From Podarcis erhardii (lineage: Eukaryota): 64,000 nt of DNA. The notes under the pieces were generated by a model. It saw nothing but the letters and a program-made list of their open reading frames with translations, was not told where the DNA came from and ran no database searches. Position 1 is the stretch's first letter, and every line of letters starts with the position of its first letter. This document shows, one piece after another, positions 12,340 through 26,778 of this stretch. The stretch is taken from assembly GCA_964252035.1 (NCBI GenBank), contig OZ176205.1, one strand, 5' to 3'. Position numbers and translations under genes: made by a program.

Positions 12340-12768
12340 GGTACCATTAAAATAAACACTGCATTAAAAATGGTTTAAATGCATTTGCAAATGCTCCTAA
12401 TATAAAATAAATATATGAACTAAAACAAAAACAAATTTAACATTAAAGAATGCTATAAATAATGGTTGATGCATTTGGAGTACCTCTGAATATTAAAAAA
12501 TGCCTTAAAAAACAGTTGTGTTTACAGTCACCAGTAGTTTGTATACTGTTGCCATGGGGTTAAAAAAGGTTTGAAGTCTATATAATAATTCAGAAGGGAA
12601 ATTTGGCCACTTAACACTTCCATGTAAATTGGTAAAATATTTGCATGGTGTCCTGAACAAAGTCCAAAGTTTTATTTCCAAATAAAACTTATAAAAAATT
12701 CCTGGTGTTGATGACACTGCACTCGTTTGTTCAGTACCTTAGAATTCTTAAAGTGTATTTTAAGGTGC

Positions 12769-12811
12769 TCAGATGTCCATTTTGCGAAGGCTCATTCTGC
12801 TGAAGGAATCT
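12769..12811 (-). CDS. DOCK7: DOCK7 terminal coding exon
   Basis: ccccag|agattcc...atctga on -; DSFSRMSLRKMDI*. Confidence 0.93.
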
Positions 12812-13146
12812 CTGGGGAGGAAAAAACAATGAGATAAGCTTCTACTTCCCAAGCTGAACGCCAGAGTCTGGTGGTGAGTAATATTCTGCTACACAAAGTG
12901 TTTGCATGTGCAGCTATAAAATTAACTAGTTCTCCTATCTTAGGGGTGACTAGAAGCCTAAGGCTCTGGTCGTCTTAAGTGTGAGAAAGAGGGCTTGGGG
13001 CCACACATATAGGGGTGTTAGTAAAGTAATTGCAAGGATTTTATATCACTACAGATAGGAATTTTCAATTTGCCTTCCCATGTACTTTTCCTATCCAGGA
13101 GACCTTTTAAAGAAACATTAACAGATGTTAACATATATAAGAATTA

Positions 13147-13338
<192 letters not shown>

Positions 13339-13904
13339 TCAGACAATAGCACTGTATCTGTTTCCTTTGCGTACACTCCTTGGGTCACAACACTAATTGC
13401 ACTTATTTGGAAACATCCGAAACTTCCAACGCAGTGTGACTGCAATGCAAAAATTGGCTTTCACACAATAAAACATCAGTCTTTCTGTTCCTTGGAGTAG
13501 ATGTCTCCATCCTAGAAATCTGATTTCTCTAAAGCTGTCTAACAGCATTTAAAAAGAAATGAAGCTACTGTTTCTGTACCAAAGCAGCTGGCTACACATG
13601 ATTCTCCAACATGTATATAAAAGGTAAATACAAAGCACTGTGAGGTTTTCTATGTTTCCTTGCTTAACAGAAGGAAAATGCTCACCGTACATGTCCAGAA
13701 TGCCCCTTGCTTAGACAAGAAAAAAGGGGACTGCTCCTGAAAGGATGCAGAAGTGCGTCAGCATTCATGGATCAAGGCCAACGTGCTGGAAGAACATCAG
13801 TGCCACCTAATAATGCCAAATCTGTTGTACGCCTTAGTAGTGCATTTTTGAGAAATGTAGGATAAAGTTTCAGGGAATTTTCTAAATTACACAGAAATGA
13901 ATTA

Positions 13905-14396
<492 letters not shown>

Positions 14397-15211
14397 TCAC
14401 ATACATGGAAGACTCCACAGAATTTCTTTAGGCTGTCTCCCCACCAGGACCACACTCCACAACCTCCCTTCTCTTCCCATCTACATAGACATTTATGCAA
14501 CTGTCAAGGAGAAGGCAGAGCTGCACAAGGATTGCTTTCAAATGTTGCCTATAACAGCTCTAAGGATGCATACAGATCTCAAATTAGGACCCACCACACT
14601 CTCTCTCACCAAGTATGTGTGGCTCCCTCCACACAATACAGTTGTACTTAGCAAAGATTCAAATACTGATTCGGTCTGACACCTACCCCTACTTGTTGGT
14701 GGGCACTAACCTCTAGTTTTTAGGTATCACATATACATGTTTACCTAGGAATAAGTCCCATTGAACTCAATAGGGCTTTCTTCGGAGCAAACATGTATTA
14801 TGTACTGCTTTTCAGTGAAATGTCTGCCTTTTAAAAAAAGGTGAATCGTTTTTTAGAGATATTCTGTCCTGGGAAGGGGAGATTATTACATCACATGTTC
14901 CATTCAATCAAAAGTGTCCACCTCTTGCTTCTGCTGTTAACTCACAGAACCACTTGCTTCAGAGAGTAAAACTCGGCGAATGTGCTTCTACACACTCAAA
15001 TTACTTGCATTTGCATACACTCTGTTAGCCACTACTTCAATAATACTGCCCTCTTAGTTCTTCAATACAAAACAAGCTATTTATATACACTATTATTACT
15101 GTTTATATGCAATATATGTTCAGAACCCATTTTTGACAACGTTTTTTAAAATAAGCAAGTCTTAATGGTTGTACTCCTGGACCTTTCTGATCAAGACACT
15201 GACAGGGCCTA

Positions 15212-15373
<162 letters not shown>

Positions 15374-15475
15374 CTAAGGAAACGAACACAGGAAAATTTA
15401 AGAAGAACATCAGGGACTTCTCTTTTCACTGTGATTACAAGAAAATTTAATTTAGACTCATAAATAAGGAAAGGG

Positions 15476-15622
15476 AGAATCAGAATTGTAGAGTTGGAAG
15501 GGACCCTGAGGATCATCTAGTCCAACCTCCTGCAATGCAGGAATATGCAGCTGCCCCATATCATGCAGGGATCAAACCTGCAACCTTTGTGTTATCAGCA
15601 CCACACTGTAACCAACTGAGCT
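15476..15622 (-). mobile_element. tRNA-derived SINE with CR1-type 3' tail
   Basis: The minus strand reads agctcagttggttacagtgtggtgctgataac...ggtttgatccc (A/B boxes)...ggaggttggactagatgatcctcagggtcccttccaactctacaattctgattct. Confidence 0.8.
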
Positions 15623-15908
15623 GTACAGGTGTGTTGATATTTCTTTTTCCCCGTTGCTAGATGCAAAGTACTACTGAAAAAATTAGAGCAGTTTTCCAGC
15701 AATAGTAATCATCAGTATCAAAACCTGACACCTGAAATAAAAGCTCCTCCTCTCAGGCTTTTGCAGTAAAAGCAGCTTTGTAAATGCATCTAAAACATGC
15801 CAATCAATAATCAGCAAGCTGAAACTTTGCTGAGCGCGTTATTTTTTATGTTAATCATTCCCCCTCTATTTCTGGCATTTCTCCCTCTTAAATGTACAGT
15901 TACCATCA

Positions 15909-16178
<270 letters not shown>

Positions 16179-16712
16179 CTAGTAGGAATACACTGCAGAA
16201 TAGTCACCAGCCAACTAGCAACCGCACATGGCCCTCATTCACTCGTGACGCTGCTCCTGCTGCAGAATTTTTATGTTTGTGAGTGAGCAGCAAGGGGCAT
16301 TAACCAAGAGACAGAACAAGGCCCACACCAGTGGAAAGCACAAGCTTGCCGCCATTTTGTCCTCCGCACTCTGAACTTAAATCTCAGAGCCAGTTGCAAA
16401 GATACAAAAGTCGGTGAAAGCAGACAACTCTTGCCTCAGTCTCCCTGGTGAAAATATAGTATGAAGTGATACAATACATCAATTATATTCTAAACCAGAA
16501 TTGTCTAAAAACTGCTACCTGATACCTGTATCTAGATTGAGAGAGGTGTGTGGATAAGGTCAGGGAGATCCTGAGATAAATGGCCCTGGTGCAGCATCAT
16601 TTTAGCCACTCAATTTATTTTCTGGAACCATAGTATGTAGCCATGCACAAGCCAGGAACAAGGGCACTTCTCACACCAAATACAGGAATGTCCAACTTGA
16701 TACTTATTTTTA

Positions 16713-16832
<120 letters not shown>

Positions 16833-17809
16833 TTATAAAGTACAATCTGGAGCAAAGTTTTAAAGGAAGGGTTGGCATACAATGTTAGCAGAATCACATG
16901 AAAACTGTGGCTGTGGTGTGGGTTATGCCTGCATAACTTTGGGGAACAATTTTTTTTGGGGGGGGGGGGACAGGAAAAAATAATAACGTGTGGGGGGGAG
17001 TCTGCCTCAAAGTATTTTGTCAATGTGGAAAAATCCCATCATTTTATCATACATGCTGGACAGTGTGTGCAGCAAAACAAATTTAAAAGACACACCAAAG
17101 CACACACTGCGCCAAGATATGAATGAGCTTTGTTCCCCGACTGCAGCTGTTTTGTTCTTTCATTCACGAGTGTAACGATTTAGTCTTAATTAACTGCAGT
17201 TAATAAACTATATATATAACTCTCAGTTCAAGCTGGGAAACTATAGTCAATGACTCCTAAACATGCCAGGGTCCTAAGCCAATGTTAAACCAAGGCTTTG
17301 TATTCTGCCTTGTTTGGAAGCTCGAAACCATCAGTTCCCAGTTGGAATGTAAGGGGAAACTATAGCTAACTGAAACTTCCTGACTTGCACGAAGCAAAAG
17401 GTGAAGCAGCCGTCTGTGGGTGCATGAGGCTCATTCATATCTCAGCTTATTAAGCCAAGGTATGGTTGTCTGAATGCAACCCCATGGCTCAGAACTGGGC
17501 TTATCTTGGTAGAAGATAAACCTGAGCCTACATTTACCTTGTGGAGGTTTAAAAGTAAACAAGGATCCTATCTTTGATTGCTCTTTGTGAACGATTGGAA
17601 ATTACTTGGCCTGAAGGGTCCTTTTCACTCATGCACTGAGCCACAATCCTATTCATGGCTGTCTTGCATATGTGGATGCTACAGCTTATGTGGACAGGAC
17701 CACAGGTCAGGTGAACACAGGTTGTTGTTGTTTTGTGTTTGTTTGTTTTTTGCAGGGGGAGGGAATAAAGTAATCCCTGAACTTTACTCTTTTTATAATT
17801 ACAAATACA

Positions 17810-18555
17810 ATTATTTATTACTTATACCCCACCCATCCAACTGGGTTGCCCCAGCCACTTTGGCCAGCCCTCCAACACATTAAGACATCAAACATAAAAA
17901 GCTTCCTGATACAGGGCTGCCTTCATAAAGCTGTGTAATTATTTACCGTATTTTTCGCTCTATAACATGCACCAGACCATAACACGCACGTAGTTTTTAG
18001 AGGAGGAAAACAAGAAAAAAAAATATTCTAAACAAAATAGTGGATATATGATTTTTGTGGTTCATGCTGTGGCTACAGACATGTGATCTGACAGTGAGTT
18101 TGGAGTAGCCCAATGCAAAAATCCTGAGGATCCATGTGGATCCATGCTTTGTAACCACGGAGGAGGGAAGGAAGGGGAACCATGGATCCTCTGCTCATGA
18201 CTGCAGCAGATCCCCCCCGCCACCCGCAGGCATTCGTTCCATAACACGCACCGACATTTCCCCTTACTTTCTAGGAGGAAAAAAGTGAGTGTTATGGTGC
18301 AAAAAATACGGTACTTATTTGACACCTGATGGGAAGGCATTCCATAGGGAAAGGGCCACTACCAAGAAGGCCCTCTGCCTGGTTCCCTGTCACCTCAATT
18401 CTCACGATGAGGAAACCGCCAGAAGGCCCTCGGAGCTGGACTTCAGGGTCTGGGCTGAACAATGGGGTGGAGATGCTCCTTCAGGTATACAGGGCCGAGA
18501 GCTTTAAAGGTCAGCACCAACACTTTGAATTGCATTTGGAAACATACTGGGAGCT
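17810..18555 (-). mobile_element. L2-clade LINE 3' fragment, interrupted by a MITE
   Basis: Collinear with 63607-64000 (cccgcccatc.ggctggg..ccccagccac; gggaaggc.ttcca...cactttgaattg). Confidence 0.8.
17944..18313. mobile_element. Tc1/mariner (pogo-like) MITE inserted into L2
   Basis: TIR TA-ccgtatttttcgctctataac...gttatggtgcaaaaaatacgg-TA. Confidence 0.85.
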
Positions 18556-18591
18556 CCCTGAAAGCCCATGTAACGACAGAATTGTATTTTA

Positions 18592-18747
<156 letters not shown>

Positions 18748-20889
18748 CTAGGTGCAGAAAGACGAATAGCATTTCAATACAAAAGCCCCTTCACATCTTT
18801 TCATTGCTTTGAACACTCCCTTAGAACACAATGCCATGCAGGAACAAACAAACCAACAAGGAGGACTGAAGAGAATTGTAAACCAGTTACAGCAAAAAAA
18901 GGGGGGGCACACTAAAATTTAAACCATACACTTACGAGATTTATGGGAAAGCTAGCCTCAATCATGCAATGGGATAAAAATCAGTAGCTCGGCATAAAAA
19001 CGGGACCACTTTAGCTAGCCTAATAGGTTTAGAAAGCAATGCTGGCAATAGTCAAGAAAGCAACCTTACAGAAAGGAACACTGTCGTGGCTATTTGCTTT
19101 CTTGACACTGGTGGAGCAGCACAGATTTACCACTGGTTAGGTTGGTGTCACTCTGAGTTTGGACCAAGCCAAATTTCCAACACCTTGTGGGTTCGGATCA
19201 CTCAAGAATCATTAGGGATTCTTGCTGGACTTCACAGTTTACTTGCATGCTTCCATTCTCTGGGACTGTGGCCTAAAATATGGCATGGACTATGTCATCA
19301 TCAGAGCAGAATGCTGAAACAATAAATGTGGGGAATAATTGGTGTTATCTAATTTGCTCTTTGCAGCTCATCATTTAAGAAAATGGGAATAAAATGAGTT
19401 TAAGGGGTGGAGACTGGTTGGAATAACTTTCCCCCGCATTTGGTGTGTGGGCTGTGAGAGACTGCACAGTGGTAGAGCATTATATTGTCACCGCATCATG
19501 CCCTCTCGTGGTTTCTTCTATATGTGACAGCATCACAGTGTGATTAGTGCTATGGAAACTAGACTACCGTATGTTTCATTCTGTTCTCTAATAGAGATGA
19601 AAGCAGGATCAGGCGGCAACCACTAAACTTTCCTGTAGCTACAGTCCATGAGAACATATTGCGCATGCTGCCGTAAAATGTTAGTGCCACTGGGATCTCT
19701 TGTTTTTCCAATGGTACAATTTGCAGAACAAACACTGGAAAGGAGACCCGGTATCGCATCTCCATGCAATTATATGGAGCACTCTGACAATTCACAAATT
19801 TTCGAATGCCAATCCATCCTTTCTGTTAGGAAAGCCTCCCAGGTTCCTCTCCCACTTTTGTTTTGGGAGTCTTTGAGTTGCAGAGTGGTGTGTCAACTCT
19901 CCACCTATTCACACCCCCTCTATAGTAGGGGAAGTGACTTCGCAGCGATTCAAAACAGACAAGTTGGTTTGAGCACATAATTTCTGGGGTGAACCATAGT
20001 GCTAAACTGCATTCTTCTGGCATATACAGATGCTCCTGTATTAAGATTCCAAGCTGCTGCTTCCATTTGGGCTCAGTGGTAAACTGAGCCGAGCTTAACA
20101 CACCCAACACTTGTGGCAATAAAACTGGGAGGTGGTGCACACTTATGTGGAAGGCAAAAATGTAAACTGAAAGATAAGAGAGCAGCAAATAGTTTGAAAT
20201 GGAAGCCACCAAATCTGCAGTTTCTTTCCACCAAGTCACAACTGAAAGAATTCACACTGCATGCACATAGTCACAAATATAAGCTGAGAAAAGTACTCCA
20301 AATGTTCACCTTTACTCTCATGGCACAGTTATGCTGCAGCACTCAGAATTATATATTAAAAAGGAGCAATGTGATGCACTAGCTGTTGAACCACCCTATC
20401 CTTGGTGTCTCTGGGCCAGTAACACGTTTCAAAAGATGCTTAACAGGAAAAAAGAAGAGGATTAAAATAGATAAACAAAGCCTCCCTCACTAGCTTCCAA
20501 TTCTAGCTTGAACAGAAAGGATGGACAGCGATTCGGGATAATGCTCTGGGGCCTGGGCCTGGGGGAAACGTCATCCAGGGAGACCGTGCAAGAAGAAATT
20601 GTCCACCTATGTTAGCGGTCAGGATGGGCACACAAAAGAGAAACGAAAGCTCTAAGAACATACAAGGATAAAACTCTTTAGGGCCTCGTAAGTCATAATC
20701 TGCGTCTCTAATTGTTACTGAAATATCAAAATGTTGGTGTAGGTCTGGGAGCAACAGCAGCCCCTTCCTATCAAGTGGTAGTAATTCTCATCTTCATCAT
20801 TCCCAGGTGAGGATGAATCCCCAGGTCTCAGGTAGCATGCATTATTACTACAGTCGAACTTGGAGAGCACAAAGACATTTCTTGTGGTT

Positions 20890-21026
20890 CCAGTTACAGA
20901 TAGGTAGCCGTGTTGGTCTGCCATAGTCAAAACAAAATAAAATAAAATTCCTTCCAGTAGCACCTTAAAGACCAACTAAGTTAGTTCTAGGTATGAGCTT
21001 TCGTGTGCATGCACACTTCTTCAGAT
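20890..21026 (-). mobile_element. 5'-truncated Penelope-like element terminal (pLTR) fragment
   Basis: Recalled squamate PLE end (ggtagccgtgttggtctg...agcaccttaaagaccaac...atgagctttcgtgtgcatgcacacttcttcagat); perfect 13-bp TSD ATTTCTTGTGGTT (20877-20889, 21027-21039). Confidence 0.8.
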
Positions 21027-21027
21027 A
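20991..21027 (-). ncRNA. Minimal type I hammerhead ribozyme motif
   Basis: The minus strand reads UAU-CUGAAGA-A-GUGUGCAUGCACAC-GAA-AGCU-C-AUAC: conserved core, stem II, palindromic stem III, 3-bp stem I. Confidence 0.75.
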
Positions 21028-21092
21028 TTTCTTGTGGTTGTTAGTTTGTAACCTGAGAAAAAAGTGCACCTTCTCTAAATGGAGTTATCAAG

Positions 21093-21334
21093 TACAGTGG
21101 AAGCTTGGTTCCCGAACGGTTTAGTTGCCAAACAAATTGGCCTCCGAACACTGCAAACCCAGAAGTGTTCCGGTTTGCGAACGTTTTTTGGAAGCCGAAC
21201 ATCTGACGTGGCTTCTGCTTGAGTGCAGGAAGCTCCTGCAGCCAACTGGAACCTGCACCCTGGTTTTCAAATAGTTTCAGGAGTCAAACAGGCTCCCGGA
21301 ACAGATTAAGTTCAAGAACCAAGGTACCACCGTA
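21093..21334. mobile_element. Tc1/mariner (Tigger/pogo-like) MITE
   Basis: TA-cagtggaagc...ggtaccaccg-TA ends; internal similarity to 13915-14100. Confidence 0.75.
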
Positions 21335-21436
21335 CTCTTTGGGTCCACCAGTCCAGCAAAAGTCTGCAGACTCTATGTATTGCATTTATATGCCACTTTT
21401 CCCTCCAAGGAGCTCCAGGCTAAAAGGCAGAGAATG

Positions 21437-21524
21437 GCCCAGAGTCATCCAGTGAGCTTCATGGCTAAGTGGGGATTCAAACCTGGTCTTCCAGGTCCTA
21501 GTCTGACACTCTAACCACTACACC
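21437..21524 (-). mobile_element. tRNA-derived SINE head (MIR/CORE-like)
   Basis: The minus strand reads ggtgtagtggttagagtgtcagactagga...ggtttgaatccccacttagccatgaagctcactggatgactctgggc. Confidence 0.6.
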
Positions 21525-24500
21525 TTACTGGCTTTAGGAAGCCAAAATGATTAATAGAAGATATTTCTGACCCTCCCAGATCATAGGGCCTACCAATCAA
21601 CTTAGTCTTTTCTGGATTCAGTTTCAAACACCTTTTCTACATCCCTTCCTATATCATGGACTGACAAACCAACCAGAATTTTAGGACCCAAGTTGATTAG
21701 AGAGAGAAATAAATAATGCCATCAGGATACTCCATTTTCATGATGTTGCCCCATACATCCAGCAGAATAGGATGACAGAGTAAAATGCTACTGGACCTTA
21801 TAGAAAAGGTCCTGAGAAGATGAGGAGTCACCACCCCTTACCATTCTCTGACTGCCTAGCCTGGACTACTGAAGAGCAGTCCTGCGAACACCTGCCTACT
21901 CTTGCAATAACGCCAACCTCTCATGTGACATTCCTCTTCAATGACAGGTAATCTGCTGTGGCCATAAACAAAGATTCTGATAGTTAACTAGATTGGTCAA
22001 CACCGAAGACAGAAACTGGAGCAGGCCCATGAACTGCCCAAGGGAGGTGGAAACAGCTAACAGACTACTTACACAACCCTAAGGAAAAAGTAGAAGTTGC
22101 AGAATGGGCAGGAAGTCAGTGTTGGGAAGACTACAGATTAATTTCCCCCGTCTTGGAATAGTAGCACAGACAACTTCAGTCTGTGTTAATCCCAACTGGC
22201 CTATATAAAAACAAGGTTGACTCAAGTAAGCTACCAGAGTGGACGTCCCTCAGCATATCCTCTGTACCAGTGGACGGTATCAAGTGTTCCATGAAAATTG
22301 AAAAGGACCCTCAAATACATTTCAGCCACTCTGATGTCATCTCTAAATTAAGCGCCTGGGTTGCATTTAAGCCTATATTCATAATTATATGTGTATTGTA
22401 CAACTGTGGAACACTCCTCTCTCTCTCTGAACACTTTTACCTTATGTCTTTCATCCACATAAATACACTTACTGTTATTCTCAATGACAATCCAAAGCAT
22501 TAGAAGTCACTCAGAGCCACTGTGTACATGATGTTTCTCAGACAGTGATATTGCTTCCATTTGCGGGGGGAAAGGCATATACACTGACCGCCATTGGCAG
22601 AAAACACACATACTTAGCTTGGCACATGCAGTGGGAATCACAGCTGCTTCTGAACACACACAACATGTGGCAAAATAGACAACACGTGCATAATTCACTT
22701 ATGAATTATGTGCATCATAAGAACCTTGTAGGAAAGTGTAAAGTATGCAATGTTCCATAAAAGTGACAATGAACTTGATAAAAAGGACTGAAGGACAACA
22801 GGTAATTTTATGGCTGACAGTGCTTGTCCACACATGAGCAGGCACCTTCTAAATCTCTGCAACTCTCTCTAGGCTTTTAGAGAACCCAACTTGCTCTCCT
22901 GGAGGCTCCCCCTCCACATACGCCACAAACTTTAGGGTTCTCCTTGATTTTTGTAGTAGGAAAGGTAAGCTGTTTGGCTTGGGCAGCATTGTCTGCTAAT
23001 TGCTCTAACTTCCATTAATAATCTTGGCAACATCATGAGACACTTAAGGAAACTTATGTAATGAATCAAAAGTACTATTATGACTGGAGTTTCAAATAAA
23101 TAAGCATCATTCTAAGCTTTAACAATGGTCACCTAAGACAAATTAGGAGGTGGTGTTTATAACGAAGGTTCTTTCCATTTAGCTTCCATTAATTTGTGGG
23201 GAGGGGAATGGGGGGGTGTTGATGGATCAATGCCTAGGAAGATTTTGGGGAAATGTCAACCCAGAGCATGCTGGAATGTGTGCAACACAAGAACCAAAGC
23301 ACGGAGTTCCATAAACAACAGGCAAAAGATGGGGACATCAATAACATCATATGTCATCATGTTATTGTTCCAAGTGTGTTCTGAATACACGAAGGCTCTA
23401 TAATTTTGCCCAAAGGTTTTCACAGAAATCAAAACCCTTGCTTTCAAGCGAACAAAACAAATTAAAACTCCATGGTCTTTGTTTCTGAGAGGTGCTAAAA
23501 TGCAGTTATGAGAAAGGAAGTTATTATAAAGCATTTAAATCTATTATTTTGAGAAAAAATAATAGCTCCTTGGTAGGCAAAGAGAATGAAGGTGAACACT
23601 GTAGAGTCATTGCAGAACTGGCAGAGCAGGTATAACAGCCGTCATGACTTATGAAGGGTTCATAATATGTTGTTATGCATGGTAAATATCTGTTGGGTAC
23701 AAAGTTTTAAGAGGCTTCTTCTGCACATGAACCAAAACCTTTGCCAACTGGATTTACTTAGCCAAAAACAACAAAAATTGTTGCCGAATTTGGCCCTGCT
23801 GTTATCCACAGGGAAGTGCAAATATGCCCAAGGCCGTCTGATCAGAGTCAATAATGCCACATTTTTCATTGCAGTGAAATGGCTAACCTGGCGTTTGAAT
23901 TTGTAACATCAGAGTTGAAGAAGCCAAAAGGCCTACTTAAGTTCAACCCCCTTTCCACGAGGAAAAACCACTCCTCCACGAACATTTAACTTTAGGAGTT
24001 AGCTGGGAAGTTTTTTCCGTACAAACCTAATTGGGATTGATTTGTGTGGCGTTTCATAAACCCCTGAGCTGGCATAAGTCATTGGTAAAATGAAATTATT
24101 GGGGGATGCCATGGGAGTTTAAAAAAAAAAAATCACCAACAACTTAGTAGGAACTTACCACAACAGACAATAGTAAAAGTGGGGAGGAGGATCAGCAACC
24201 AGGGCAATAGAGGAGAAAACAGAAAGTATTTTGATTAGGGAAAATCCAAAACAAATAAGCAGCATTTGGCAGCAAATAAACAAAACAAAAAAAAGTATTT
24301 TAAAAACTGCAACTGGGTAAATAACATGCAATGGGTATTAAAAGGCCACACAGAAGGAAAATGTCCAGCAAGAGGAAAGTTCAAGTGCAAAGCAGTGGAC
24401 AAGAACATAAACCATGGGTGTGTTTTACCATGCAATAGAACATTACTGTATAATGTTAAAATTGTAATTGATGACAGGATATACTTCAGGGGTCGATTTA

Positions 24501-26763
24501 GCATCACACACATTGATCAGAAAAGATGCTCACAGGCTGTCGTCCCATTAATGGAACAGCCACAAACTGCCTTTTGCCATGGTTTTGTGCCAATTTTAAC
24601 AACGCCAGGGAAACCCTTCGGGGGGAGATGAATCATGGTGCAGTTGACAGAAGCAACCAAACTGTATGGGTGCCACTTCAAGCAAGCGCTTGAGCTAAAT
24701 GGAGAGTCTGTGTGACATGAACTTTGCCTTTCGGTTAAAGTGGGCATTGTAAAAGGCTGCACGTGCTTGGGCCAGCTCCCAAGTGGTACAAAAAAGCACA
24801 CCGGCTCCAAAACTGATTTTGGGTCCCCAAGCCTCTCGTTGCAGATGGCGGGTCATGGAATTAGCACTCTTGATATTACATGCCTTGATGATGTTTTGAC
24901 TTGTCTGTAATTGCTCTTCTGAACCAAAGCTCTAAACAAGAGAGCCGGACTCTTTATCTGATAGAGCAACATAGTCAGAGAAAATCAGAAGCAGAAATCA
25001 GAACTTGTACAGCTTTTGGGGAGGTGGAATCCAAAAACTATTCACATATTTACTAACAACAACAAGAGAATGCAAAACACACATATTTCAGCTACCAAAT
25101 TCTTAAAATTCCTTACAAAATTGGTCTGCGTTGGTGTATATAAAATATATGTATTTGGAAACATTTCTATTGTTTTTAAATGAGGATGGAGGTTTGATTG
25201 GTACATATCAGACACAACTGTAAGGAAATTGTAAGGAAATTAGAGGTACTCGAGTCCCACTGAGATCAGAAGGGCTTACATACTTAAGTGGCCTGTACCA
25301 CCAATTATTTCAACGGGAATCTGATTTTGGATGAGTTCACACAGAGCTTTATGCCATGGTTAACATAAGCCGGGGTTTCTAAACAAAAAGCACACCATGG
25401 CTTATTAGCATAATTTGCTTGTGGTTAATAAACCATGATTAATTAAGCTGCTGGGTGGGGTTCAGGCGAGAAAATTAAGCCATGGTTTATTAAACCATGT
25501 CTTAGTGTTATCTGCAAACCATGCCACTCTCAAGAATGTGCCTGTCCTGCGACAAAAAATGAAGGTGTCCGCGTTCAAACTTATCTATTTATAGTCTTGG
25601 ATTTTTGTTGCAGTATTTTCCATTATAACTATTTCCCAACAGATAGCCATCTTAGGCCGTTGCAGCAAAAAGAACCAAGAATCTTGAGATGTCTGAAAAA
25701 TAAATGTGCAAGTCTTTAAGGGGCATGATCATCTAAAAGGCAGTTGGGCTGGAAATTTGCTCAGTATGATGGGCCATATTAGAACCATATCAGTAACTTC
25801 CAAACAGCTAATCAAATAACAAAAAGGGGTCTTTCTGCTTTTTGTCAAAGTCTGGGCACTAACCACAAATCTCAAAGGCAGAATTCTAAGGTTTCGGGAG
25901 GTAGGGCACTGTCCAGGAAGCAAGGGAACTATACAACCTCTAAGCTTGCTTCATGAAGCTTAGGAAATCTTTTCAGCAAAACAAAAGCTGAGGCAGAGTC
26001 CCTATTTCATATAATTCTCTGTAAACCCTCCCCCAGTCCATGGGATGATGAAACTGGCATTCTTATACAAGCCAGGGCAAGTTTGGTGGATTGTATCTCC
26101 CATAAGATCTTCAAAGATTATTTTCATGGTTTGGGTCCAGAATCAGCTGTATTAGGTCACTGAACTGCTGCAGAGGAATTTGAATTTTGTACATCTCAGA
26201 ATCAAAACAAAGGACTCTATCTTGGCACCCAGTTGAAGCCCATGACCTAATTCTTAAGAGATTTGAGAGCTAGGACTAAACTCAAGTTCATTTCACTCTT
26301 GCTCAGAGCTTAATGTAGCAGAAGAGTATTAATACTACAGTTATACATTAGGATACGAGTGAACGTCTTTCTAATGGGAAACAGTTTTTTGCATTCAAGG
26401 TCTTTGAGCATTAGAACTTAAATCGACCCCTGTGTTGGGGGGTGAAAATATGGTAGGAAGAAATGGTATTCTTTGTCAATATTGATGAGAAATGGAATAT
26501 AAAAATAACAAACTAGTGATGGTAAAAAGTGGCTCATTCACCAAAGAACCTCATTAGTGTCATAATACAAATGCATTCATGCACTACCTAAATTGTCTAA
26601 AATGACCACAACAGTTTTACTGATATTTCTTTGGTTAATTAATTCAGGTCAATAGCAGACAGCAACAGAAATACCCACAGCTAGCACATGTGGGCAAAGC
26701 ATGGGCAGGAGTCATCATCAGACCAATCTATTAGTGTTCTTTACTAACTAAAACATTACCTAC

Positions 26764-26778
26764 CTCCCAGCCAGTACT
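26764..26778 (-). CDS. DOCK7: DOCK7 15-nt microexon (STGWE)
   Basis: Long U-tract, then ttacacag|agtactggctgggag|gtaggtaat on -; in frame; matches the recalled DOCK7/DOCK6 HQSTGWERMFG variant. Confidence 0.9.

Noticed and set aside
20644-20653. cgaaagctc motif resembling a hammerhead half on +
   Set aside because: No upstream CUGANGA or stem II.
24266-24631. 121-aa plus-strand ORF
   Set aside because: Starts at a TTG, no splice structure or homology recognised; consistent with chance.
25639-25720. Second Penelope-like remnant (gatagccatcttagg...gcagcaaaaagaaccaagaatcttg) as a possible dimer partner hammerhead
   Set aside because: Too degenerate; the CUGANGA/GAAA core is not intact (ctgaaaaa, no GAAA-stem III).
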